Shown: positions 52,823 to 64,000 of the stretch, piece by piece | Position numbering within the stretch: position 1 is the first letter of the stretch | Layout: the number at the start of each line of letters is the position of its first letter | DNA from: the human T2T-CHM13v2.0 reference genome, Homo sapiens | DNA: 64,000 nt | Strand: one strand, 5' to 3' | NCBI RefSeq assembly: GCF_009914755.1 | Contig: NC_060945.1 | Made by a program: the position numbers and the translations under genes | The notes under the pieces: model-generated | What the model saw: only the letters and a program-made list of their open reading frames with translations | The model's database searches: none | Told to the model about the DNA's origin: nothing

Positions 52823-55733
52823 GAGTCTAAAATCTAGAATTAAAACTTTTAACTTGGTGAGCCTATGTTGAATGACTACAGAGAACCTAGATAAGCAATT
52901 TTCGTTTGCATTTTATCCAAAACAGGTGGCAAGAAGAAAAGTTTAAGAATTTCAAGTGGCTTGATTGGACTCTTCTTCATGGTCGCTGAGTCAAGGACCT
53001 TCTCTTCTAGTGAATTTAAGGGTTTTGTGGAACACTAGTCTTTCTTTATGAACTCTGTCCTCTTTTCTCATACAATTTATCTTTTCCACATATGGATGGA
53101 ATAAAACTGCAGAAAATATAATGAAATGGATAACCATATATTTTTTAAAATAGAAATTTTTGAGTATTGACATTCAAGGTTTTAATTCTAGATTTAAAAA
53201 TACATTTTATTTACACACTCATCAGTTAATGGATGCTTGAATTATTTTCACTTTTGGTCTATTATGAATAATGCTACTATGAACATTAATGTATAAGTAT
53301 TTGTGTGAACAAATAGAACAGACATGGTCAGTTCTCTTGGGTATATTCCTACAAGTAGAATTTCTGGGTCATATGGCAGCTCTATGTTTGATTTTATGCA
53401 GAATTTCTAAACTGTTTTTCAAAGAAACTGTTTTACATTCTGAGAAGCAATGTATGAGAGTTCTAATTCTTTTACATCCTCAGCAACACTTGTTATTATC
53501 TGTCTTTTTTATTATAGTTATTCTGGTATTTGTGAAGTTTCATCTCATTATGATTGTGATTTGCATTTCCCTAATGGCTAATAACAGTCAGCATATTTTC
53601 ATGTGCCTATTGGCCATTTGTATATCTTCCTTGGCATAAAGTCTTTCAAATTACTTGCTCATTTTTTAATTGAGTTATTTGTCTTTTGATTTTTTAGTTG
53701 CAACAGTTCTTTATATATTATGCATAAGTCCTTGTCAGACATACAATATGAAAATATTTTGGTTCCTGCTATACATTGGTTTTCCCCTTTATAAGTGGTG
53801 TATTTTGTAGATCAAAAGCCTTTAATTTTAATGAAGTCCAATTTAACAATATTTTTCTCGTGTTGCTTGTGTTTTAAGTGTCATATTTTTTGTTAAGTGT
53901 CATAGGTTTTTTAATATGAATGAGTGTTGGATTTTCTCCAAAGATTTTCCTACAACTATTGTCATGATAATCCTTTTTGATCCTTTATTTTATTAATATA
54001 CATATTTTATTAATTGATTTTCCATTGTTGAAGCATATTTGTGTATCTGGGATAAATCCTACTTGGTCATGTTGTGTAATCCTATTTAAAGTTATTGGGT
54101 TTAGTTTGCTAGTATTTGATTGAGGATTTTTTTTCTTTGCTTTGTATTTATAAGGAATATCAGAATTTTTTTCAATATTTATTTTAGATTCATGGGGCAT
54201 ATGTGCTGCTTTGTTACTTGGATATATTGTCTGATGCTAAGGTTTGGGGTATAAGTGATCCCATTTACCAAGGTACTAAACATAGTACACAAAAGCAGGT
54301 TTTTCAACCCTTGCCTCTACTCCTCCTTCACTCCACCTGCTAGCTGTACCCAGTGTCTATTGTTGCCATCTTTATGTTTATGAGTACCTAATATTTAGCT
54401 CCAATTTATAATTGAGAAAAGACTGTATTTAGTTTTCTGTTACTGCATTAATCTGCTTAGGATAATGGCCTCCAGCTACATCTGTGTTGCTGCAAAGGAC
54501 ATGATTTTGTTCTTTTTATGGCTGTGTAGTGTTCCATCATGTATATTTGCCATGTTTTCTTTATCCATTCCACCATTAATGGGCACCTAGGTTGATTTCA
54601 TGGCTGCTATTGTGAATAGGACTGCGAGGCACATATGAGAGCCTATGTATTCTTGCTAAAACAATTTGTTTTCTTTTAGATACATAACCAGTAATGGGAT
54701 TGCTGGGTCAAATTGTAGTTCCCTTTTAAAGTCTTTAAAAAATCTCCAAACTACTTTCCATAGTGGCTGAACTAATTTAGATTTCCACTGAAAGTGTTCA
54801 AGCATTCCCTTTTCTCCATAGCCTTGCCAGCATCTGTTATTTTTTGATGTTTTAATAATATCCATTCTGACTGATGTGAGATGGAACCTCATTGCAGTGA
54901 TTTGCATTTCTCTGATGATTAGTGATGTGGATAATTTTTTATATGTTTGCAAACCACTTTTATGTCTTCTTCTGAGAGGTGTCTATTCATGTCTTTTGTT
55001 CACTTGTATTCATGTTATTTGTCTTATGCTTATTAATTTGTTTAATTTTCTTATAGATTTGGGGTATTGGGACCTTTATTGGAAGTGTAGTTTGTGAGTA
55101 TTTTATCTCATTCTGTAGGTTGCCTGTTTTCTCTGTTGATAATTTCTTTTGCTGTGTAGAGCTCTTTAATTTAATTAGATCCCACTTGTCAATTTTTGTT
55201 TTGGTTGCAATTGCTTTTGAGGACTTAGTCATAAATTATTTCCCAAGGCCAATGTCCAGAATGGCGTTTCCTAGGATTCTTGTAGTTTGAGGTCTTGTGT
55301 TTAAATCTTTAATCCAACCTCAGTTAATTTTTTTATATGGTGAAAGGTGGGGTTGAGTTTCATTCTTCTACATATGGCTACCCAACTAGCCCACACTGTT
55401 TATTGAATACGGAGTAGTCTTTTCCCTGTTGGTTATTTTTCTTAACTTTGTTAAAGATCAGATATCTGTAGGTGTGCAGCTTTATTTCTGGGTTCTCTGT
55501 TCTGTTCCATTGGTCTATGTGTCTGTTTTTGTACCAGTACCATGCTGTTCTGGCACCAGTACCATGCTATTTTGGTTACCGTCACCTGATAGTATATTTG
55601 GAAGTCAGCAAACATGATGCCTCTGGCTTTGTTCTTTGTGATTAAGATTACTTTGGCTATTTTGGCTGTTTGGAGTTTCATATGAATTATTAAATAGTTT
55701 TTTTCTGGTTTTATAGAAAAAAAACAACATGGT

Positions 55734-57570
55734 AGTTTGGAACTTCCTAGAGACTTATTGAATGGCTCTGACCAAAATACTGATAGTGATATGGACAATA
55801 AAGTCCAGGCTGAAGTGGTCTCAGATGGAGATGAGGAACTTGTTGGGAACTGAAGCAAAGGTGACTCTTGTTATACTTTAGCAAAGAGACTGGCAGCATT
55901 TTTCCCCTGCCCTAAAGATTTGTGGAACTTTGAACTTGAGAGAGATGATTTAGGGCATCTGGTGCAATAAATTTCTAAGGAGCAAAGCATTCAAGAAGTG
56001 ACTTGGGTACTGTTAAAAACATTCAGTTTCATTTATTCAGAAAGGTATGGTTTGGAGTTGAAATTTATGTTTAAAAGGGAAGCAGATCATACAAGTTTGG
56101 TAAATTTGTAGCCTGATGATGTGATAGAAAAGAAAAACCCATTTTCTGAGGAGAAATTCAAGCTGGCTGCAGAAATTTGCATAAACAATAAGGAGTCAAA
56201 TGTTAATCATGAAGACAATGGGGAAAATATCTCCAGGGCATGTCAGAGGTCTTTATGGCAGCCCCTCCCATCACAGGCCCAGAGGCCTAGGAGGAAAAAT
56301 GGCTTCATAGGTTGGGTCCAGGGCCTTGCTGCTTTGAGCACTCTCCAAACTTGCTCCCCTGCATCCCAGCTGTGGCTAAGAGGAGCCAGTGTATAGATCA
56401 GGTCATTGCTTCAGAGGGTGAAAGTCTCAAGTCTTGGCAGCTTACATGTGGCATTGGGCCTCCAGGTACACAGAAATCAAGAATTGAGGTATGAGAACCT
56501 CCACATAGATTTCAGAGAATTTGTGGAAATGTCTGGATGTCCAGGCAGAGGTGTGCTGCAAGGGGCAGAGTCCTCATGGAAAACTTCTGTTAGCACAGAG
56601 TGGAAGGGAATTGTGGAGTCAAGCACCCTCTGGGGCACTGCCTGGTGGAGCTGTGAGAAGAGGGCCACCATCGTCCAGACTCCAGAATGGTAGATCCACT
56701 GACAACATGCACCATGCACCTGGAAAAGCTGCAGACACTCAATGCCAGCTCATGAAAGCAGCCAGAAAGGGAGCTGTACCCTGTAAAGACACAGAGGCAG
56801 AGCTGCCCAAGGTCATGGGCGCCTACTTCTTGCATCAGTGAGACCTCGATGTGAGACATGAAGACAAAGGGGATCATTTTGGAGCTTTAAGATTTGACTG
56901 CTCTGCTGGATTTTGGATTTCTATGGGGCCTGTAGCCTCTTCATTTTGCCAATTTTTCCCATCTGGAATGGCTGTATTTACGCAATGCCTGTATCTCCAT
57001 TGTATCTAGGAAGTAACTAACTTGCTTTTGATTTTACAGGCTCATAGGCAGAAGGGACTTGCCTTGTCTTAGATGAGACTTTGGACTGTGGACTTTTGAG
57101 TTAATGCTGAAATGAGTTAAGATTTTGGAGGACTGTTGGGAAAGCATGATTGGTTTTGAAATGTGAGGATATGAGATTTGGGAGGGGCCATGGGTGGAAT
57201 GATATGATTTGCCTGTGTCCCCACTCAGATCTCATCCAGAATTTTAGCTCTCACAATCCCCATGTGTTGTGGGAGGAACCCAGTGGGAGGTAATTGAATC
57301 ATGGAGGTGGGTCTTTCCCATGCTGTTCTTGTGATAGTAAATAAGTCTCATGACTCATGAGGTCTGATGGTTTGATAAAGGGGAGTTCCCCTGCACACAC
57401 TCTTTCTTGCCTGCTGCCACGTAAGACGTGTTTGCTTCTCCTTTGCTTTCCACCATGATTGTGAGGCCTCCCCAGCCATGTGGATCTGTGAGTCAATTAA
57501 ACCTCTTACCTTTATAAATTACCCAGTCCCAAGTATGTCTTTATTAGCAGCCTGAGAACAGACTAATACA
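55734..57570 (+). mobile_element. THE1 internal region (55734-57199) plus 3' LTR (57200-57570); 5' LTR absent
   Basis: GTTTGGAACTTCCTAGAGAC..GGTCTCAGATGGAGATGAGGAAC (THE1-int), polypurine tract GGGAGGGGCC, and LTR TGATATGATTTGCCTGTGTCCCC..GACTAATACA. Confidence 0.92.
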
Positions 57571-57639
57571 ACAGGATTGTGGGAAGTTCTCCAGGCATTC
57601 AGAGCACCCACCTTCCTGAATTAGGAGTAGGGAAACCAA

Positions 57640-58320
57640 CTGCACCAAGATCTCTGCACAGAAGAGGTGGGGTGATTCAGGCTGCTGAACCAGGCAAGCA
57701 GAAGCTTGGAATGCCTGGAGATCTACCTGAGCATGTAGCAGCAAAGGCCCCTGCACCAAGACCTCTACCCAGGAAGAGTGGGGCATATCAAGCTGCTGAT
57801 CCAGGCAAGTTGGTGCTCTGAATGTCTGGAGGTCTGCCTGAGTGTGGAGTAGAGAGGGCCATTCTGTACCATCATCTACGTCCAGGAAGGTTGGGTGGCT
57901 CCGGCTGCTGAACCAGAAGAACAGGTGCTTTAACTGCCTGGAGATCTGCCCAGGCATGAAGTAGAGAAGGCCTCCCTGCACCAGTAGCTCAACAGAAAGA
58001 ATAGTGGTGAGTCAGGCTGCTGATTCAAGTGAGTAAATGTCTGGAGGCCTGCCTGGGTATGGAGCAGAGAAAGCCCTACTGCACCAGGATCTCTGTACAG
58101 GAAGGGTGGAGCAGGTTAAGCTCTGAACCCAGTGAACAGATGCTCCTAATGCCTGGAGATCTGCCTTGGCATAAAGTGTAGGGGGCTGCTCTGCACCACA
58201 ATCTATGTTCATGAAGAGTTGAGTGACTAAGGCTGCTAGTCCAGGAAAGCGGCTGCGCCAAATGCCTGAATTTTTGCCTGGGGTTTGAGCAGAAGACCTC
58301 ACTGCACTATTATCTTGGTA
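57640..58320. repeat. Diverged ~112-bp tandem repeat (~6 units) inside the old L1 5'UTR
   Basis: CTG(C/T)AC anchors at 57640, 57751, 57864, 57976, 58079, 58191 and 58302, with recurring GGCTGCTGA and AATG(C/T)CTGGAG(A/G)TCTGCC motifs. Confidence 0.85.
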
Positions 58321-61300
58321 GAGCAGATGGAGACATCTAGAAATGGCACACACAGACCAATTCCAGGTCACTAGGCTGGCCTTGGCTGCAAATCTCACCA
58401 CCCAGAAGAAACTGCAGCTGTAGCAGCACTCCTCCTGCCCCAGGCTTGTGACAAGGGAAAGCACAATTTCAGTGTCTGCTCTGGATGTGCTTTCCATAGC
58501 TCTCGTTGTGGAGGCCCTTATCCCACTCTAGAGCAGGCCCCCCCAATCTCTGCCTCAAGAATAAAATTCCTGAGTGGTCATGCTGCCAAGTTGCCAAAGA
58601 ATGCCTGACTTTGTATGCCTGGATTAAAAATGGTATGCTGTTCTTTGTCCCAGGTCTGGGAAAATGTCTGCAGCTTTTCCCAGTGTCTTTCCCTCACAAC
58701 ATCTCCAAGCCTCTCTCCATGCTGGCTCTAGGGCTTGGGAGAAAGACAGTGCTGTTTCTCGACCTGGATCCCTTGAGTTCCCACTGGAAAAATGAGTCAC
58801 ATAGGGAGGCTCTCTGCTTCTCTCATATCCTCCTGGAGCTTCAGTCATGTTTACCAGACAGATACCATCATACGGACTGTCTGTCAGTGTTCTTTCTCCT
58901 CCACAGGATCTGGAGTGCCCTTCACAATTCTGATGGTTTCCCAGTTTCTTCTTGAACTAAAGCTCACAGAGTTGAACTTTATGCACTATCTTACTACTTC
59001 CAAGTGGCTGAGGCATCATAAAAGCTTCTAATCTGCCACCTTGGGAAAAACAAATAGGGATTCTTAATTTGTTTTACTTGTGACATATTTGTCTGGTTTT
59101 ACTAGTCTTATAAAAAGACTTGGAAAATAATCCCTCCTTTTCTATTTTTTGAGTGTGTTTGTGAAGAATTAGTGTAAACTCTTCTAAACATTTGGTAGAA
59201 TGTATCAGTAAAGCCATCTATTCTAGGGATTATGTGTGTATTGGTGGAGGGAAATTTTATATTGCCTACTTTATTTCTTCCTTCATGTATTTTGGGATTC
59301 TCTTGACAGGTGCATATGTGCTTATTGTTATGTTTTCTTGATGTATTAATCCTTTCTATCATTGTAAAATGCTCTTTCTCGCTAATCACAATTTATCTCT
59401 TGAAGTTTGTTTTGTGTGTTATTATGACCAGGTCTCTCTTGATTACTGTTTGAATGATTTATCTTAATTCAGTCATTTGTATTCAAACTGTTTGTGTCTT
59501 TGAATATAAAGTGTGTCTGCTGACTAAAACAGATAGTTGGATTATGTTTTTTTCTAAACCCATCTGCAAACTCTATTTTAAATGGAGTTTTTAATCTACG
59601 TACATTTAATGTAATTACTGATATATAGAATTTATGTTTGCCAGTTTACCAGTTGTTTTCTATATGTCTTCTGCTTTTTTATTTCTCTATTTTTCTAAGA
59701 TTGCCTTTTCTTTAGTGAATAGATATTTTTAATGCACTGTATTAATCCCCTTATCACTGGTTTTATTATATTTTGTAAGTTATTTTCTTAGGGTTGCCTG
59801 ATGGGCTACAAGTAGTATCTTAATTTTTGAAAATCTAGTTAGATTTACTATCAACTTAATTTTAATAGCATACAAAAATTTTGATTCTAAATAGCATTGT
59901 TCTCTCCTTCTTCCTTTGTTGTATTACCATACATATTACATCTTCATTCATTGTATGCCAATCAGTACATTACTTATAACCATTGCTTTATGCAGTTTAT
60001 TTTTGAATCAGGTAGGAGAAAAGAAAATAGTTACAAAAAATACATTTACATTCTCTTTCATATGTTTCTAATTTTTGCTTTTTCTATTGTTCTGCATTTG
60101 TTTATATGGACTCTAGATATTGTCAAGTGTAATTTTATTTCATATTGAAATACCTCTTTTAATATTTCTTGCATGGAAACTTTGCTAGTAAGAGATTCTG
60201 TCAGTTTTGGTTTCAGAGAATAAGTGAGAATATTTTCACTTCTTTTTCATTTTTGAAGTATAGTTTTGTTGGTTATGAAATTATTCGTTGATAATCATTT
60301 ACTTTCAAAACTTTAAAAATGTCATCTCACTGCCTCTGGTTTCCATGGTTTCTAATGAAAATTCAGTGAAAAATTATTCAGACTCTTTTGCACATGATGA
60401 GTTGCTCCTCTCTTGTTGTTTTCAAGATTCTTTCTTTGTCATTTTCTTTTGATTGTTTAATTATAATTTTTTAAAAATGTGAATCTCTTTGAGTTTATGC
60501 TACTTGGGAGTCATAGATCTTCTTGGATGTGCAAGTTAATATTCTTTGTCAAGTTTTGGAAGTTTTTAAGTATGTTTTGTATTGTTCTTCACTTATTTTT
60601 ATGCCCCATTTCTCTTCTGTTCCCTCTCCTTTTGGGACTTCCATTATACATATTTTGCTATGCTTGATGGTATCTCTGAGTCTGTTTGTCTTTATTTCTT
60701 TTTCCTTCTGTTTCTTGCATTAGATAATCTCATTGATCTATATTTAAGTTAGCTAACTCTTTTCCCTGCTTTCTAAAATCTGCTGTTAAGTCAGATTTAT
60801 ATTTATACAATTGCTTATTAGTATTATTTATTTGGTGAGACATTTATTCTCAAATGTTCCTTTAGCTTTTTGGAAATAGCTTATTTTAGTTATTAAACAA
60901 ATTTTTATCATGGTGAATTTAAAAACCTTTGTCTACTAAGCCAAACACCTGAGCTTTCTCATGGACAGTTTTATTGATTGTGTGTTTTTCCTGTGTGTGA
61001 GCCATATTGTCTTACTTTTTGTATGCCTTATAAGTTTTTGTTGAAAACTGAACATTTTAAATAATAAAAATGTGACAACTCTGGAAATTATATTTTACTC
61101 CCTTCAAATTTTGTTGATTTTGCTGTTTGTTTTTGTTGTCATTTGTTTCTTTAGTGACTTTTCTGAACTAATTGTTTAAAGTTTTTGTTTTTTATCGTGT
61201 TTGAACACTGAAGTCTCTGTTTGCTTAACTTAGTAGTCAGTGAAAGAATAGACAGAAATTTCATTGAAGACCTGGAACCCGTAACTCTTCCGGTCTCTGC

Positions 61301-63124
61301 TGAGTGGCTCTGTGTGCATTTCAGGGCACACTTTTAACACCCAGCCGGTTGGTTGACAACTCTGCCTTAGTCTTCACATTCTGCTTTCCCATAGCTTCAT
61401 GGTCATCTGGAGGTGAAAGCTTAGGGCCTTCTCATATTTTCCTTGAGAATAAGCATTGTGCTTAGAATGTGCACAATCATACGTGTGTGACCTTTTATAG
61501 TGCCAGTAATATGTCAGAAGTCTTCAAAACTCCTATTTATATTTCCTAGCTTTTTAAGTTTTCCAGCTACCATATTATTTGCCCTAACTGTTATCTACCA
61601 CTTTAGTCTACCATGATTTAAAAAAGTTGCCTTTCAATGTTTTCAATAAGTATGCTAGTTAAAAAGACTTTCATGGGCCAGTTACAAATGAGGTCAAATA
61701 AAGACAGTTTTATAAGTGGTATCTTGCAGTAAGCCACGTTCCAGGTCAAACAATAATTCTCAGGGAACTAAGCTGAAAGCTGCCAGATTGCTTGTAGTCA
61801 GCGATTGAGGGATATTTATTTTCAAGGTAACTGTATAACTTGAGAGCGGGTGATGAGAATAAGCAGCCTAAAATAACACAAAGCTTACAGTTCTTACCAT
61901 AATTTAACCTTTCTTTCTCTTTTGGTTTTTTGTTTATTAAATAAATTATTTTTAGATCCCTCAAAGCATTTGGCTAATTTCCAGAGTTTTAAAAGAGCTG
62001 ATTCTGATTATTTTTGCACATTTTTAATTGTTTATATGGAGGAGATAATTTGCATATGCCCTCACATCATCATTTGCATTGCTATCACTCTTCTTCTTCA
62101 TATTATGGTCAAATGTAATATCACTAGAAATAAAAATATTTTCATGAGCACTTGCTAAGATCAAGATTCAGTCTTAAACTTGACCTTTTCAGAAATGCTT
62201 TTCAATATTCAGAAGGTAGTGGTTCCTTCCTAAATAACACAACATAGCTGTAAACAATTGGATCTATTTCCTTTCCTCACCCATTTCATTCAACAAATGT
62301 CTTTTCCCTCAACTCCCTTATGTTTTAGAATTATCTGACTCCTGTGGTCATCTTCTTTCTGAGGGTTAGCAATCATTCAATAACTTCTAAGCATATAAGT
62401 TTTTAGAAATTCATTTACATGATGTATAGTAGGCACACCATTTTTCATGGAATTGAAACAGGATTCCTTTTTATCTCAAACCTACAGGTTGTTGGTAAGC
62501 ATGTAAGTGATACTTTTCACTTTGGCTACATCACACCATTCTAAATTCGTATCTTTTCAAGTGCTATTATTTCTGACATTTCAAGCTGTAAACCTAGAAA
62601 GGCAGTACTCAGATGTCCACTTTGTGGATTTTGTATTTTTCTACGTGATAGGCCTATGTAATAATATAGTTTTCCCTTTCAGACACTTCGAATAATTTAA
62701 AGCAAATTATTTTCATGGAAAACTGGTCCATGTTTGAGTCCTGAAGTGCTTACACTAGGAGGGAAGTAACCTTTTCAGATGAGTGTCTGTTTTACTACAT
62801 TTCCGCAAGAAACATCAAATTTCATATTTCACTATTTTTAAACTAGAGAAGCCTAGGAAATTGTTATTTTCCAAGAACAATATGATGCTGAATTTCCCCT
62901 TCTCCCTTCGCCAAACAGTGTGATAGAATTTTCAGTCATTCTCACAAGAATTAATAATTAATTATTCTATTACTGTTTCAAAGTAAAAATTCTCTGCCAC
63001 TATCTCCACAAAATTTGTCACTTTGCCACCACCAGCACTATGATGACTGAGAATAATCAGGGCAAAATTTGATTCCTATAATGTTAATAGAAGCCGACTA
63101 AATGGACATCATTTATTTGGTAAG

Positions 63125-63253
63125 TGTTAGAGTGTAAGCTCCACGTAGACAGTTTTTTATCTGTTTTTTTTCAGTGTCAGATACCAAGATTTGAGCACAG
63201 TTTCTGATGTATACTCAGTGCTAAATAGCATGTTGAATGAAGGGATGAATGAC
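63125..63253 (+). mobile_element. L2 3' end
   Basis: TAGAGTGTAAGCTCCAC..GCACAGTTTCTG..TGTTGAATGAAGGGATGAATGA. Confidence 0.7.
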
Positions 63254-63399
63254 TTCTGTGCTCAAATTCTATTTGATTAATTCAAACATAATCTGCCTCT
63301 TGTGCACAGGATGAAATTATCCTGACTCTGTATTTTTAATTATAATAATAGCAATATGAAATATATCTGTATAATTTTATAAAATTCACAAAATCATTT

Positions 63400-63590
63400 A
63401 CAAACCACATTTTCTCACCTAAGACTCTAAACAGAGCAAGGCTTTATTAACATAATTTTATTGATAATCACATTTAGACTAGGAGAAATTGAGTGTGATT
63501 TATCCAAGAGTCACAGAGTGAGAAAATATCAAGAGGTTTCAAACTCAGGGCTTATGACTTCTGAGTCTCTATGTATTTCACTACATCCAT
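63400..63590 (-). mobile_element. MIR
   Basis: GTGATTTATCCAAGAGTCACAGAG..TTCAAACTCAGGGCTTATGACTTCTGAGTC. Confidence 0.6.
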
Positions 63591-63689
63591 GCATTGTATA
63601 TAGTATTTTTCAAAGTTTGCAAAACAATGCCCCTTATTTACCTTATGTGATTCTTTTATTTCTCCCCTTCCCCAACTTTGGAGATAAGC

Positions 63690-64000
63690 AGGGTTTTGTT
63701 TATCTAATGCTACACAAAAGGTCACCCCCAAACTTGGAAACCAAAATAATTATTTATGGTAATTTGTGTTGACTGAGCTCAACTGGTTATTTCTCACTTG
63801 AGATATCTCCTGGAGTGTCGGTCAGATAGTAGCAAAATCTAGAGTCATCTGAAAGTTCAACTAGACTGGACAACCAAGAAAGTATCTTCATTCACATGTC
63901 TGACACCTCAGGTGGGATTGCTAAAAGAGCAGACACTATAGCTCTTTTTCTTTTTGTGGACTCTTCATTTGGCTATCTTGGGCTTCCTCAAACTTAGAGT
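63690..64000 (-). mobile_element. Old MLT1 (H/I/J-like) LTR, runs off the right edge
   Basis: TGTTGACTGAGCTCAACTGG..GAGTCATCTGAAAGTTCAACTAGACTGGAC..TTCATTCACATGTCTGACACC. Confidence 0.65.

Larger units (their letters stand above)
54165..59045 (-). mobile_element. L1PA16/L1PB-type element: 3' part 54165-55740 and 5'UTR 57571-59045, internally deleted and carrying a THE1
   Basis: Antisense 3'UTR (GATATATTGTCTGATGCTAAGGTTTGGGGTA) and ORF2 C-terminal remnants ([19 protein letters not shown]). The minus strand at 59045 begins CCAAGGTGGCAGATTAGAAGC, an L1 5' start. Confidence 0.75.
53200..62090 (-). mobile_element. Old L1M host element in antisense (pieces ~53200-54160 and ~59060-62090)
   Basis: Antisense ORF2-like pieces (ORF 53985-54200 HDQVGFIP; ORF 59108-59389 DGFTDTFYQMF). 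The sequence after 59060 continues where 54160 stops. Confidence 0.7.

Noticed and set aside
56121-59031. Cluster of 80-160-aa ORFs in GC-richer DNA
   Set aside because: They lie within THE1-int and the tandemly repeated old L1 5'UTR; no recognisable domains.

Overview
Primate (human-like) AT-rich, gene-poor DNA at a satellite/non-satellite boundary. Bases 1-6107 are a diverged array of the 48-bp CER satellite, typical of acrocentric short arms and pericentromeres. The array is capped by a full-length but inactivated L1PA3/4 (6131-12284). The remaining ~52 kb is mostly interspersed repeats: a 5'-inverted (twin-primed) L1PA2 with an apparent 3' transduction, a tiny twin-primed L1PA4, older L1PA/PB/M pieces, nine Alus, MaLR/ERV LTRs, MER20, Tigger13a, MIR and L2. 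There is no intact cellular gene; the long ORFs are satellite periodicity or L1-derived. I found no convincing new gene system. The most unusual signals are: (i) two L1s of different subfamilies sharing about 8 non-consensus substitutions, suggesting local gene conversion; (ii) the L1PA2 inversion plus transduction; (iii) a TSD-less L1 at the satellite edge whose antisense promoter and re-started ORF0 face the satellite; (iv) a possible decayed spliced transcript on the minus strand at 42.1-50.6 kb; (v) a duplicated flank after an AluY. Repeat subfamily names come from remembered consensus sequences and need RepeatMasker/Dfam confirmation.
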